From contig NC_086097.1 of NCBI RefSeq assembly GCF_963921235.1, positions 167,774,001 through 167,838,000 of the forward strand: DNA of 64,000 bases. Reading direction: 5' to 3'. The notes beneath the pieces were generated by a model. The model searched no databases and was not told the origin of the DNA. It was given only the letters and a program-made list of their open reading frames with translations. This document shows, in pieces, positions 63,966 to 64,000 of this stretch; the first letter of the stretch is position 1; every line of letters begins with the position of its first letter. This stretch comes from Mobula hypostoma (lineage: Eukaryota). The translations under genes and the position numbers were made by a program.

Positions 63966-64000
63966 ACTTCTCTTAATTCTACTGCTATCCCTTAATTGAA

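Overview
Repeat-dense eukaryotic DNA, intronic or intergenic. It is almost certainly from a cartilaginous fish, probably a ray; this is inferred from the repeat content (HE1/V-SINEs, Deu-SINE relics, elasmobranch-type CR1, Rex1/Babar and Penelope-derived repeats). I recognise no host protein-coding gene, RNA gene or CRISPR array. Every ORF with a recognisable product is a transposon fragment: CR1, Rex1/Babar and RTE LINEs, a decayed Gypsy LTR element carrying four nested insertions, and an internally deleted Tigger/pogo element. The window also holds two tiny hAT MITEs and several SINEs. The most unusual items are non-autonomous elements with clear target-site duplications (TSDs): Penelope-derived fold-back inserts with 13-15 bp TSDs and decayed hammerhead-like cores, a 646-bp CpG-rich element with a YY1-like head and Rex1-like tail, and a Rex1 endonuclease fragment fused directly to a 3' end. 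Also notable are two SINE families sharing one 3' module, an inverted SINE pair, and a symmetric (TG)(TA)(CA) microsatellite next to a Tc1 end. A few exon-like splice-signal pairs are flagged at low confidence. Family names come from motif recognition, not database searches, and boundaries of old fragments are approximate.
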